From Candidatus Peregrinibacteria bacterium (GTDB lineage: Bacteria; Patescibacteriota; Gracilibacteria; UBA1369): a DNA stretch of 64,000 nucleotides. The translations under genes were made by a program, and so were the position numbers. This document shows, piece after piece, positions 55,254-64,000 of this stretch. The stretch is taken from NCBI GenBank assembly GCA_003153355.1, contig PLYH01000003.1, forward strand, positions 124,635 to 188,634, given 5' to 3'. The notes beneath the pieces are model-generated. The model was given only the letters and a program-made list of their open reading frames with translations. It was not told the origin of the DNA and did no database searches. The stretch's first letter is position 1. Each line of letters begins with the position of its first letter.

Positions 55254-57254
55254 CTAACCGTGCGTCAATTGATTGAACAAGGTTTGAGCATCCATATAGG
55301 CGGGATCGATTTGGACGACACTTTGTAAAGCCTGGACCGCAAGGTCTTTTTGTCCGATCTGCTGGAATATTTTAGCGGCCTGATATGCGTACAGCGGATT
55401 ATTCGGACTCAAAGTGATGGCTTGCTGAAGATCATTAAGACCTTGCTGCACATAAACGTCGCTTTGCTCAAGCTGCCCTAGCCGGATTGAAGTGATTCCC
55501 ATGTTGTAGTAAATGCTCGGATGGAAATTATTGATGATGCTGGCCTTTTGATAATTATCCAGGGCAAGCTGAAGATACTGTTCGTTATATTGCGCATCGA
55601 CATCTGAAGCAGCAGCAGTTTTAAAAGCAAAATCGCCAAAAGCTTCGTAATATTCGTAACGGTAAGGCTGATTCTCAATCATGTTTTGATACCATGCCCG
55701 TGCATTTTCAACTCTGCCCAGACTTTCTTCTACCGTGGCATTTTTATAACTGTACTCAGCCATTGCTTCACGGGCCGTTGAAAACCCGCCCCATAGAATA
55801 AGCATCAAAAAAACACCCACCAGCAACTCTTTCAAAACCGGTTTAAGCCGGACCGCAGCCGTTTTTTCATCTAAAGAAGATAAGCTGATGCCGGCTCCAA
55901 GGAGCAAGAAAAAAACCGAGAGCGTATCCACGACGCCGAAATTTACGACTGCCTGAATGAGGTAGACCATGAGCGCTCCTTTGATGCCCAGAGTGATAAA
56001 AAATTGCTCGTCGGGTTTTTGATTCTGGAAAAGTTTTTTATCCATTGCCAAGAAGACGATGGAAGTCAGGGCCAGATAAATGATCAAACCCACCAGGCCT
56101 TCGGTGACAAGAATATCGATGTAATCGTCATGCGAAGATTCGGGAGTTATCTGATACTGCATATCGCCCGGCCCTGGAACGCGGTAATCGGTTCGTCGGT
56201 ATTTATTGTAAATGTCGCTGAAGGTTGAAAGTCCTGCTCCAAAAACCGGATGATCTTTGAACATGGCGAAACTGCTTGCCCACCAGCTTAAGCGGTCAGG
56301 CGGGTAGCCTTGTCCGGCTGTTACAGCTCCCTGTTCGAGCCTTTGAATAACCGGCAGCTTATTTATCGGCTCTCTGAAAGCAAAAATAAGCCCTCCGATG
56401 ACGACCAGTCCAATCGCAAAACTCCACCAAAATTTCTTAAGAAACTGTCTGAGGTTTTTACTGCGGATGGTAAGAACAACTCCGATCACAAGTAATGAAA
56501 TTATCGTTGCTGCCAAGGCCGCGCGGCTTCCGGTCAGGAGGAGGACAATAAACGTAAGGTGCGCGCACAGAATCAAAAACCATTTGAGCGTTTTGTTTTT
56601 CAGGAACGGAATGACCCCGAAGCTCAATAAAATGCACATGCCGAGATATGCTCCAAAATGGTCGCTGTGGCCGAATGTTCCAAACACGCGGTCCTGGGGA
56701 TTTTGGCTCCAGGCAAACTCTCCCGGTGCTACGCCGAAATGCTGCTGAAGGAATTTCAGGATGGCGTCGAACACTCCGTAATACTGGAAGAATCCGTAGA
56801 TCATGAGCAGAACGATGCCGGTCACGCAGGCAACCGTGATGAACGTTTTCAGCTGTTTTTCTGCGGTAAGAAAATTATAGACAAACCAAGCGATAACCAG
56901 AAAATTGAGCTGTGTAAATATGCCAAGGAACCTTGTTTCCGTTCCAAAAAGACTGGAAAAAATATTGGAAGACGTAATGGTCGCAAGGATGAGCACCGCA
57001 CCGTATAACAATAAAATCCATCCGAATTTTCCCCGGCGCCAGGTGATCCTTTCTTCGGCAAAACTTTTCCAGGTCCACAGTAAAAGAATCAACAATGTAA
57101 CGTCGCGCAAAAATAAAAGTTTAGGCGCCGCAAAATTTGAATAAAAAGCCGTTGAAAAAAACAAAGGCACGCCGATTGCCAGACTATAGATGAGCCAAAC
57201 AATGGCTCGGTCATACCACTTTTTTGTTTGATGTTTTGTATTTTTCGCAGTCAT
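55254..57254 (-). CDS. O-antigen ligase/polymerase-like polytopic membrane protein with C-terminal TPR repeats
   Basis: About 12 TM segments with a Wzy_C-like loop (TGSRAALAAT). C-terminal TPR-like repeats (AFGDFAFK..., YYNMGITSIRLGQ..., AYQAAKIFQQIGQ...). Confidence 0.8.
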   Translation of the reverse strand: MTAKNTKHQTKKWYDRAIVWLIYSLAIGVPLFFSTAFYSNFAAPKLLFLRDVTLLILLLWTWKSFAEERITWRRGKFGWILLLYGAVLILATITSSNIFSSLFGTETRFLGIFTQLNFLVIAWFVYNFLTAEKQLKTFITVACVTGIVLLMIYGFFQYYGVFDAILKFLQQHFGVAPGEFAWSQNPQDRVFGTFGHSDHFGAYLGMCILLSFGVIPFLKNKTLKWFLILCAHLTFIVLLLTGSRAALAATIISLLVIGVVLTIRSKNLRQFLKKFWWSFAIGLVVIGGLIFAFREPINKLPVIQRLEQGAVTAGQGYPPDRLSWWASSFAMFKDHPVFGAGLSTFSDIYNKYRRTDYRVPGPGDMQYQITPESSHDDYIDILVTEGLVGLIIYLALTSIVFLAMDKKLFQNQKPDEQFFITLGIKGALMVYLIQAVVNFGVVDTLSVFFLLLGAGISLSSLDEKTAAVRLKPVLKELLVGVFLMLILWGGFSTAREAMAEYSYKNATVEESLGRVENARAWYQNMIENQPYRYEYYEAFGDFAFKTAAASDVDAQYNEQYLQLALDNYQKASIINNFHPSIYYNMGITSIRLGQLEQSDVYVQQGLNDLQQAITLSPNNPLYAYQAAKIFQQIGQKDLAVQALQSVVQIDPAYMDAQTLFNQLTHG

Positions 57255-57274
57255 CAGGGGTGCGTTTGGGATTT

Positions 57275-57913
57275 TTAATAAGCGCCTTTTCCAGATATTA
57301 CCACGGCAAAGGTTTTAAGGATAATTACAAAATCCAGCAGCAGCGACCGGTGCCGGATGTAATAAAAATCGAATTCCAGATTGTGGTGCAGCGGGAGATC
57401 TTTGCGTCCCATAATCTGCCAAAGGCCTGTCAAACCGGGCTTTACCAAAAGTCTTTTCTTTTCCATGGCCGTGTATTTTTCAACGATAAAAGGCATCTCG
57501 GGACGCGGGCCCACAAAGGACATATCTCCTTTCAGAATATTGATGAGCTGAGGAATTTCGTCCAGGCTGGTGCGGCGTAAAAATTTTCCGATCCTTGTAA
57601 TCCGGTCGTCATGCGGAGTTTGAGGCGCGAGTTCCTGATCTTTGACTCCCTGATACATTGTGCGGAATTTATAGAGAGTGAAGGGCTTTCCATTCTTGCC
57701 GATTCTGGTGTGTTTGAAAAACGCTTTTCCGGGAGAATCAAGATGAATGACGATGACTATCAACAGCCAAAACGGCAAAAATATCATCAGTGCCGTAATT
57801 GAAAATACAACATCAAACAGCCGTTTTATCCCTTCATAAAGAGGTTTATGTGCATGAGCTTCAAGATCCGCAAAATGCTCATGCTTAAGTTCTATGAGGG
57901 AAGGAAATTTCAT
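57275..57913 (-). CDS. small initiating phosphoglycosyl transferase (PglC/WbaP C-terminal family)
   Basis: KRLFDVVFS..AL, HTRIGKNGKPFTLYKFRTM, DEIPQLINILKGDMSFVGPRP. Confidence 0.9.
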   Translation of the reverse strand: MKFPSLIELKHEHFADLEAHAHKPLYEGIKRLFDVVFSITALMIFLPFWLLIVIVIHLDSPGKAFFKHTRIGKNGKPFTLYKFRTMYQGVKDQELAPQTPHDDRITRIGKFLRRTSLDEIPQLINILKGDMSFVGPRPEMPFIVEKYTAMEKKRLLVKPGLTGLWQIMGRKDLPLHHNLEFDFYYIRHRSLLLDFVIILKTFAVVISGKGAY

Positions 57914-57916
57914 AAA

Positions 57917-59047
57917 TTATTTCCCTGATAAAAGATATTCGGATTTTTTACCGCTGAGCCATTTTTCCATTTCACGCCAGCCGACGCGTTTATGTTTCAT
58001 AATGTAACGCCGTTTTTTGAGGATGCCCGGAACCTGCTTCCACATGACGAACCACGCTTTGATTAAAAAAGGTTCGCGCAAAATCACGTAGAAAAAAATC
58101 AGGAGCTCTTTCCATGCCATCGGAAAAAAATCGTGAATGACGTTCATGAAAAGTTCGTTCTTCATCTGCATCAATCTCTGGTTTTTGAAAGAGTAATACT
58201 TCTGGAATTCATTGAGTTTGCTGCGGTTTTTATAGACTTCCCAATGGGTGAATCTTTTCAGAACTCCCGTTCCGCGGCCGTGATTTGCAACGGCCGATGG
58301 CAGGTAATAGGACTTCCAGCCGAAGAGTAAAAAACGCCAGGAAATATCAACGTCCTCCTTGTACATGAAAAAATCTTTGTCCAGATATTCTCTTGTATTC
58401 GCTCCGCTCCGCTCAAAACTGGCGGAGCCAGATTTTTCGCTATGCTGCGCCCTCGCGCCGTGCGTTCGTTGTTTGTTGTTCAACTCTTGGGGAATACTGA
58501 CATCATCCAAAGCTTTTTTGCGGTAGATCGGACATGCTCCCGAAATGCCAAAAACCTGCTTGGGCGTATCGAACTGGCCTTCATCTTCAAGGCCCTGACC
58601 GTTATCAATGACTCTGCGGTTGCGATAGCAAAACAGTCCGGCGGTATCGATGAAGTTGGTTTTTTTGTGATTCTGAAAATCGTATTTATAAAGTTTTCCT
58701 GCGATCGCGGCGATTTTGTGATCTTCTTCCATTTTGACGATGCACTTTTCAATGTAATCTTTTTCAAAAAGAATATCGGGATTCAGCAGCATGATGTATT
58801 CGCCTTTGGCCATGCCTATGCCCTGATTCGCGCCTTCCGAATAACCCAGGTTTTTATCGTTGCAGACGGGAATAACTTTGTGATGATATTTTTTTACGTG
58901 TTCGCAGGAACCGTCCGTGGAAAGATTATCAATAAAAATAATTTCCAAGTGAGGGTACGTTTGTTCATTCAAGCTTTTCAGACAGCCGTCGAGCAGATGC
59001 TTGGTGTTGTAGTTGATAATGACGATGCTGACGAGAGGTTTGTTCAT
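57917..59047 (-). CDS. family 2 glycosyltransferase carrying an in-frame repeat-derived insert
   Basis: VSIVIINYN, IIFIDNLSTDGS, LNPDILF, FFMYKEDVDISWR. Residues ~192-216 (KQRTHGARAQHSEKSGSASFERSGA) are encoded by repeat copy F. Confidence 0.85.
   Translation of the reverse strand: MNKPLVSIVIINYNTKHLLDGCLKSLNEQTYPHLEIIFIDNLSTDGSCEHVKKYHHKVIPVCNDKNLGYSEGANQGIGMAKGEYIMLLNPDILFEKDYIEKCIVKMEEDHKIAAIAGKLYKYDFQNHKKTNFIDTAGLFCYRNRRVIDNGQGLEDEGQFDTPKQVFGISGACPIYRKKALDDVSIPQELNNKQRTHGARAQHSEKSGSASFERSGANTREYLDKDFFMYKEDVDISWRFLLFGWKSYYLPSAVANHGRGTGVLKRFTHWEVYKNRSKLNEFQKYYSFKNQRLMQMKNELFMNVIHDFFPMAWKELLIFFYVILREPFLIKAWFVMWKQVPGILKKRRYIMKHKRVGWREMEKWLSGKKSEYLLSGK
58400..58474 (+). repeat. GC-rich structured repeat, copy F, inside a coding sequence
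   Basis: CGCTCC-GCTCCGC-tcaaaactg-GCGGAGC ... GCGCCCTCGCGCCGTGCGTTCGTTGTTTG. The 3' module is nearly identical to copies C and D. Confidence 0.55.
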
Positions 59048-59141
59048 ATTTCTTCGCGCTTTTACAGACGCGCAAACTGTAGTATAACCTATCTTTTTAA
59101 GTGAATCATGCTATAGTTGTTGCGCTTTTCTGAACTTGTGT

Positions 59142-60119
59142 ATGCGTATTCTTGTCACCGGCGGCGCGGGATTTATCGGGAGCCACCTTTGCGAAAAATT
59201 GCTTTCAAACGGGCACGACCTGGTGGTCGTGGATAATTTTATCACCGGAAGTTCCAAAAATCTGGCGTCCTTCAAGGACAATCCTCATTTCAAACTCATT
59301 CAACACGACATCAACTTACCGCTGCCAGTTGAAATTGTAGGCACGACGAATATGGCTCCGGGCTACGGCGACCAGGATGCTTTAAAGTTTGATCAGATCT
59401 TCCACCTGGCCTGCCCTGCTTCTCCGGTAGATTACCGTGAAATTCCGCTGCAGACTTTGCTCGTCAATTCGGTCGGCACCAAGAATATCATTGAAATTGC
59501 GGTCAGGCATGGGGCTGCACTGCTTTTCGCATCATCGTCGGAAGTCTATGGCGATCCGCAGGAACATCCCCAAAAAGAGACTTACTGGGGCCATGTAAAC
59601 CCCATCGGCGAACGGAGTTGTTACAGCGAAGGCAAAAGATTTGCCGAAAGTCTTGCAGTGAATTATTTCCGGCATTACGGTTTTCCTTTAAAAATCGTAC
59701 GGATTTTTAATACCTACGGTCCAAGAATGCGCAAACATGACGGCCGGGTGATTCCGAGTTTTATCCAGTCCGCGCTCATGGACGAAACGTTGCGGATGCA
59801 TGGAGACGGTTTACAAACCCGTTCTTTTTGTTATATTGATGATATGATTGAAGGGCTTATTTTAGCCATGAATCACCCGAAATATCTTGGGCCCGTCAAC
59901 CTTGGACGTGAAGAGGAAACTTCGATTCATGAACTCGGCGAAAAAATCATCAAGCTTACAGGATCATCGAGTCTGCTTGTAAAAACCGACCCGGTCCACG
60001 ATGATGACCCCCGGCAGCGAAAACCAGATCTGACTCTGGCCAGAATAAAGCTTGGCTATGAGCCTAAAATCGGGCTCGATGAGGGGCTGAAAAGAACCGT
60101 CGATTATTTTAAGTCTTAG
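59142..60119 (+). CDS. UDP-glucuronate decarboxylase (UDP-xylose synthase)-type SDR
   Basis: MRILVTGGAGFIGSHL, DNF.TGS..N, HLACPASP, SSSEVYGDP..HPQ.E.YWG..NP.G.RSCYSEGKR. ATG at 59142 preferred over TTG at 59136. Confidence 0.85.
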   Translation: MRILVTGGAGFIGSHLCEKLLSNGHDLVVVDNFITGSSKNLASFKDNPHFKLIQHDINLPLPVEIVGTTNMAPGYGDQDALKFDQIFHLACPASPVDYREIPLQTLLVNSVGTKNIIEIAVRHGAALLFASSSEVYGDPQEHPQKETYWGHVNPIGERSCYSEGKRFAESLAVNYFRHYGFPLKIVRIFNTYGPRMRKHDGRVIPSFIQSALMDETLRMHGDGLQTRSFCYIDDMIEGLILAMNHPKYLGPVNLGREEETSIHELGEKIIKLTGSSSLLVKTDPVHDDDPRQRKPDLTLARIKLGYEPKIGLDEGLKRTVDYFKS

Positions 60120-60134
60120 TATTATTATAACTCC

Positions 60135-61274
60135 ATGAAGCAATATCTGTTCACTTCCGAATCCGTCACAGAAGGCCATCCTGATAAAATTGCCGACCAA
60201 ATTTCCGATGCCGTGCTTGACGGGATTTTGGCTCAGGATTCAAAAGGACGCGTAGCCTGTGAAACGATGGTTACCACCGGGCTGGTTTTAGTGGCCGGAG
60301 AAATTTCCACATCTTGCTATGTGGATATCCCTAAAATAGCCCGCAAAACGATTCTTGAGATCGGCTACGACAATGCGACGTTCGGCTTTGATTCGAAAGC
60401 CTGCGCTGTTTTAACGGCCATTGATGAACAGAGTCCGGATATCGCCATGGGCGTGGATACCGGCGGTGCCGGCGATCAAGGTATGATGTTCGGTTTTGCC
60501 GTGAATGAAACTCCTGAACTGATGCCTTTGCCGATCATGCTCGCCCACAGACTTTGCGAGAAATTGGCTTATTTAAGGAAAAAGAAGGTTCTCAACTATT
60601 TACGGCCAGACGGAAAATCCCAGGTGACGATTGAGTATGAAAATGATCAGCCGAAACGCGTTCACACTGTCGTTGTTTCGACCCAGCACGATCCGGGGGC
60701 AACAAAAAAAATGATTGAAAATGATGTCCTGGAGCACGTGATCCGTCCGGTTTGCGGAAAGCTTTTTGACAATAAAACCATCATTCATATTAATCCGACC
60801 GGTAAATTTATTATCGGCGGACCTCCGGGAGACTGCGGCGTGACCGGACGAAAAATCATGGTTGATACGTACGGCGGCATGGGACGCCACGGCGGCGGAT
60901 GTTTTTCCGGGAAAGACCCATCCAAAGTCGACCGGAGTGCGGCTTATTTTGCCCGATACGTAGCCAAAAACGTCGTTGCCGCCAAACTGGCGGACCGTTG
61001 CGAGGTGCAGGTTTGCTACGCCATCGGCGTGGCTGAACCAGTCTCTTTGTATGTGAACACTTTCGGTACCGGAAAAGTCGACGACTTCAAGCTGTCAAAA
61101 ATTCTTTTAAAACATTTTGATTTTACTCCAAAAGGGATGATTAAAACTCTTGATCTGCGCAGACCTATTTATAAAAAAACCGCTGCATACGGACACTTCG
61201 GCAGGCATGAGGCACAATTCACCTGGGAAAAGACCGACCGCGCCAAAGCTCTTCTGTCAGCTGTAAACCCTTAA
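60135..61274 (+). CDS. metK: S-adenosylmethionine synthetase
   Basis: [66 protein letters not shown]. Confidence 0.95.
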   Translation: MKQYLFTSESVTEGHPDKIADQISDAVLDGILAQDSKGRVACETMVTTGLVLVAGEISTSCYVDIPKIARKTILEIGYDNATFGFDSKACAVLTAIDEQSPDIAMGVDTGGAGDQGMMFGFAVNETPELMPLPIMLAHRLCEKLAYLRKKKVLNYLRPDGKSQVTIEYENDQPKRVHTVVVSTQHDPGATKKMIENDVLEHVIRPVCGKLFDNKTIIHINPTGKFIIGGPPGDCGVTGRKIMVDTYGGMGRHGGGCFSGKDPSKVDRSAAYFARYVAKNVVAAKLADRCEVQVCYAIGVAEPVSLYVNTFGTGKVDDFKLSKILLKHFDFTPKGMIKTLDLRRPIYKKTAAYGHFGRHEAQFTWEKTDRAKALLSAVNP

Positions 61275-61288
61275 CCGACTATCCAAGC

Positions 61289-62539
61289 ATGACCGACCGT
61301 GAACTTCAGGAACAAGGACAAAGAAATCTCGCACTTGCCGAACGCAATATGGGAGCGTTGATGAAACTCCGCGAACAGTTTTCTAAACAAAAATTATTTA
61401 AAGGCGTGCGCATCGCCATGGCGCTTCATGTCACCAAAGAGACCGGCATGCTGGTAAAAACCTTCATTGACGGCGGCGCGCAGGTCGCGATTACTTCATG
61501 TAATCCTCTCTCAACCCAGGACGATGTCGTTGCTGCCTTAAGCAAAGAAGGAGTCGAAGTTTACGGTTATAAGGGCGAATCCAAAACCGATTATTACAAA
61601 TTCTTACGAAAAGTTTTAGCCATAAAACCCCATATTACCATTGATGACGGCTGTGATCTCGTCCAGCTTCTTCACAGTTCAGAAAAAAAGTACCTTTCAA
61701 ATATTATCGGCGGCTGCGAAGAGACCACGACCGGGGTCATCCGTCTTCGCGCAATGGAGAAAGAAGGGGTTCTTCAATACCCGATCATTGCCGTCAATGA
61801 CAACAAAACAAAGCATTTAATGGATAATTATTACGGAACCGGCCAATCCACCCTTGATGCCATCATGCGCGCTTCAAACACGCTTTTTGCAGGTAAAAAC
61901 GTCGTTATAGCGGGCTACGGTGACTGCGGCAAGGGCGTTGCCTTGCGTTCAAAAGGATTGGGAGCCAATATCATTATTACAGAAATAAACCCCTTTAAAG
62001 CCCTGCAGGCAGGCATGGACGGGTTCAGAGTGATGCCAATGAATGAAGCTGCACACCTGGGCGATATTTTTATTACAGTGACGGGCAATTGCGAGGTCAT
62101 CCGCCCCGAACATATGAAAGTGATGAAAGACGGCGTGATTCTTGCCAATTCCGGACATTTTGACGTTGAGATCGATGTTCCTGGTTTAACAAAGATTGCC
62201 TCCAAAAAGCGCCAAATGCGGCCTTATTTTGACGAATACACCCTTACCAACAAAGGCAAGAAGAAGCATATTTATCTGGTCGGAGAAGGCAGACTTGCCA
62301 ACTTAGTGGCTGCGGAAGGCCATCCAAGCGAAGTCATGTCCATGTCTTTCTGCGGGCAGGCACTAGCCGTGGATTATCTTTTAAAACGGCGTGGTAAACT
62401 TAAACCCGGCGTTTATGATCTTCCGGAGAGTATTGATGAAAAAATTTCCCAACTCCAGATCGCTACGATGGATATCACTATTGACCGGCTCACACCCCGT
62501 CAAAAAAAATATCTGGCCAGCTGGCAGGAAGGGACGTAA
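61289..62539 (+). CDS. ahcY: adenosylhomocysteinase
   Basis: SCNPLSTQDDV, EETTTGV.RL, NDNKTKHLMDN.YGTGQS, GYGDCGKG, SGHFDVEID. Confidence 0.95.
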   Translation: MTDRELQEQGQRNLALAERNMGALMKLREQFSKQKLFKGVRIAMALHVTKETGMLVKTFIDGGAQVAITSCNPLSTQDDVVAALSKEGVEVYGYKGESKTDYYKFLRKVLAIKPHITIDDGCDLVQLLHSSEKKYLSNIIGGCEETTTGVIRLRAMEKEGVLQYPIIAVNDNKTKHLMDNYYGTGQSTLDAIMRASNTLFAGKNVVIAGYGDCGKGVALRSKGLGANIIITEINPFKALQAGMDGFRVMPMNEAAHLGDIFITVTGNCEVIRPEHMKVMKDGVILANSGHFDVEIDVPGLTKIASKKRQMRPYFDEYTLTNKGKKKHIYLVGEGRLANLVAAEGHPSEVMSMSFCGQALAVDYLLKRRGKLKPGVYDLPESIDEKISQLQIATMDITIDRLTPRQKKYLASWQEGT

Positions 62540-62548
62540 ACTTACAAT

Positions 62549-63910
62549 ATGAAGATTACGGTTTTCGGTTGCGGCTACGTGGGGTTAACAACGGCAGTGG
62601 GGCTCGCCGAAATGGGCAATACGGTCATTGGCATCGATGTTGACCCTCAAAAGGTTGCGATGCTTAAAGATGGGATCGTACCTTTTTATGAACCGGGGCT
62701 GCAGGAAATGCTCCTACGTCAGATCACCGAGGGGCGCCTGTCTTTTTACACTGATGCAAAGCTCGGCATTGAATCAAGCGAAATCGTTTTCAGCGCTGTG
62801 GGAACACCTCCATTGAAAGACCATTATGCAGATTTAAGCGCCGTATTGAATGTGGCGGAACAATTCAAGTTCTATGCCGAAGGGGAAAAGGTTTTTATCA
62901 ATAAATCTACAGTTCCAATCGGAACAAGCGATAAAATTCTTGAAATCATTCAACCGAAAATATCTTTGAAAAACCGTTTTCAGGTTCTTTCCAATCCTGA
63001 ATTTTTACGCGAAGGTACGGCTCTCAAAGATTTTTTTGAGCCTGACAGAATCATTATCGGTACATATGGTCATGATGCTGGCTTGCGTAAGCTTATGAAA
63101 AAGCTCTACCGTCCGATGATTGAACGCGGCGTCCCTCTTGTTTTTACGGATATCCGCAGCGCCGAGGTGATTAAGTATGCATCAAACGCTTACCTGGCCA
63201 CGCGCCTTTCTTTCGTCAATGAACTGGCGAATTTTTGCGAAACAGCAGGCGCGGATATTCAAAGCGTCCGTAAAGGAGTTGGCCTGGATAAACGCATAGG
63301 AACTCACTTTTTCCAGCCTGGCATCGGATTTGGCGGATCCTGTCTCCCTAAAGATCTGAATGCGCTGATTGAAATGGGGAAACAATCGGGTTTTGATTTT
63401 AAAGTTCTGGATGCGGCCCAGAAGGTGAATTTGCAGCAGCCCTACCGTATCATCGAAGCAGTAAAAAATGTTTTTCCGAATCTCAATGGAATAACTTTTG
63501 CGATCTGGGGAGTTGCCTTTAAGCCCGGCACCGATGATTTGCGTGATGCTCCATCTTTGGCGATTATTCATGAACTTTTGAGGCAGGGAGCAAAACTTCA
63601 AGTCTATGACCCGGTGACGATTCCAAAACTCCGAAAGATTTTCGAGAAGAAACTCTCATATAGCCAGGATTATTACAGTCCGCTTCAGAACGCATCGGGT
63701 CTTTTAATTCTCACCGAATGGGAGGAGTTCAGGAATCCGGATTTTGGCCGTATGAAGAGCTTTATGAAAGAACATTACATTTTTGACGGACGTAATATTT
63801 TTGACAGGGAAGATGTTGAAAAAAACGATTTTTCCTATTACGGCATCGGAAGTTTATCAGTGCAGCGCAAACTGAAATCCAAACGTTCCCGGGTTAAATT
63901 AGGGTTGTAG
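62549..63910 (+). CDS. ugd: UDP-glucose 6-dehydrogenase
   Basis: MKITVFGCGYVGL, NPEFLREG.A, GFGGSCLPKD, AFKPGTDDLRDAP. Confidence 0.9.
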   Translation: MKITVFGCGYVGLTTAVGLAEMGNTVIGIDVDPQKVAMLKDGIVPFYEPGLQEMLLRQITEGRLSFYTDAKLGIESSEIVFSAVGTPPLKDHYADLSAVLNVAEQFKFYAEGEKVFINKSTVPIGTSDKILEIIQPKISLKNRFQVLSNPEFLREGTALKDFFEPDRIIIGTYGHDAGLRKLMKKLYRPMIERGVPLVFTDIRSAEVIKYASNAYLATRLSFVNELANFCETAGADIQSVRKGVGLDKRIGTHFFQPGIGFGGSCLPKDLNALIEMGKQSGFDFKVLDAAQKVNLQQPYRIIEAVKNVFPNLNGITFAIWGVAFKPGTDDLRDAPSLAIIHELLRQGAKLQVYDPVTIPKLRKIFEKKLSYSQDYYSPLQNASGLLILTEWEEFRNPDFGRMKSFMKEHYIFDGRNIFDREDVEKNDFSYYGIGSLSVQRKLKSKRSRVKLGL

Positions 63911-64000
63911 TAAGGATCACCGCTTTGGATAAGTTCGGCGTATTTGTTCTGCATATAGCGGACTTCTTTCATGTCGACGTCGTAGCCGCGGCTTAAAGAT
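63838..64000 (-). CDS. C-terminal fragment of a convergent gene (glycosyltransferase-like tail), 5' part beyond right edge
   Basis: The minus frame reads ...RGYDVDMKEVRYMQNKYAELIQSGDPYYNPNLTRERLDFSL...MP-stop (stop complement at 63838-63840). DPYYNPNL...DFSL resembles GT2 C-termini. Overlaps the ugd 3' end by 73 nt. Confidence 0.4.
   Translation of the reverse strand, partial: SLSRGYDVDMKEVRYMQNKYAELIQSGDPYYNPNLTRERLDFSLRCTDKLPMP

Overview
Gene-dense window of about 55 protein-coding genes and 2 tRNAs, with no rRNA, CRISPR array, transposase or integrase. It is mostly housekeeping: the rpsF-ssb-rpsR operon, purL/purH/purN, mutS/mutL, lexA, alaS, eno, lspA-ftsW-murG, and metK-ahcY. My inference is a small-genome CPR/Patescibacteria-like bacterium. 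This rests on two tandem archaeal-type purP genes, a DUF4012 protein, many Lys/Glu- or Gln-rich tails and many unassignable membrane proteins; it is not proven.

Items worth a second look:
(1) A terminator-delimited operon of 6-7 uncharacterised envelope and Lys/Glu-rich proteins at 1-8824, running off the left edge.
(2) A dispersed GC-rich structured repeat family with at least 7 copies. It shows a compensatory hairpin change, nested insertions, and one clear in-frame copy inside a glycosyltransferase gene.
(3) A strongly G+C-rich roughly 1-kb island (22.2-23.15 kb) encoding an acidic disordered protein.
(4) An ORF-less promoter-to-terminator unit of about 450 nt (24.56-25.05 kb).
(5) A roughly 170-nt element closed by a 15-bp helix upstream of tRNA-Thr.
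(6) A perfect palindrome in the lexA promoter spacer.
(7) A proteasome-beta/HslV-like Ntn hydrolase with Ser at the nucleophile position.
(8) purP x2 together with purH.
(9) A UDP-xylose glycan cluster with SAM-cycle genes embedded.

All family assignments come from motif recognition by eye. No searches were run.
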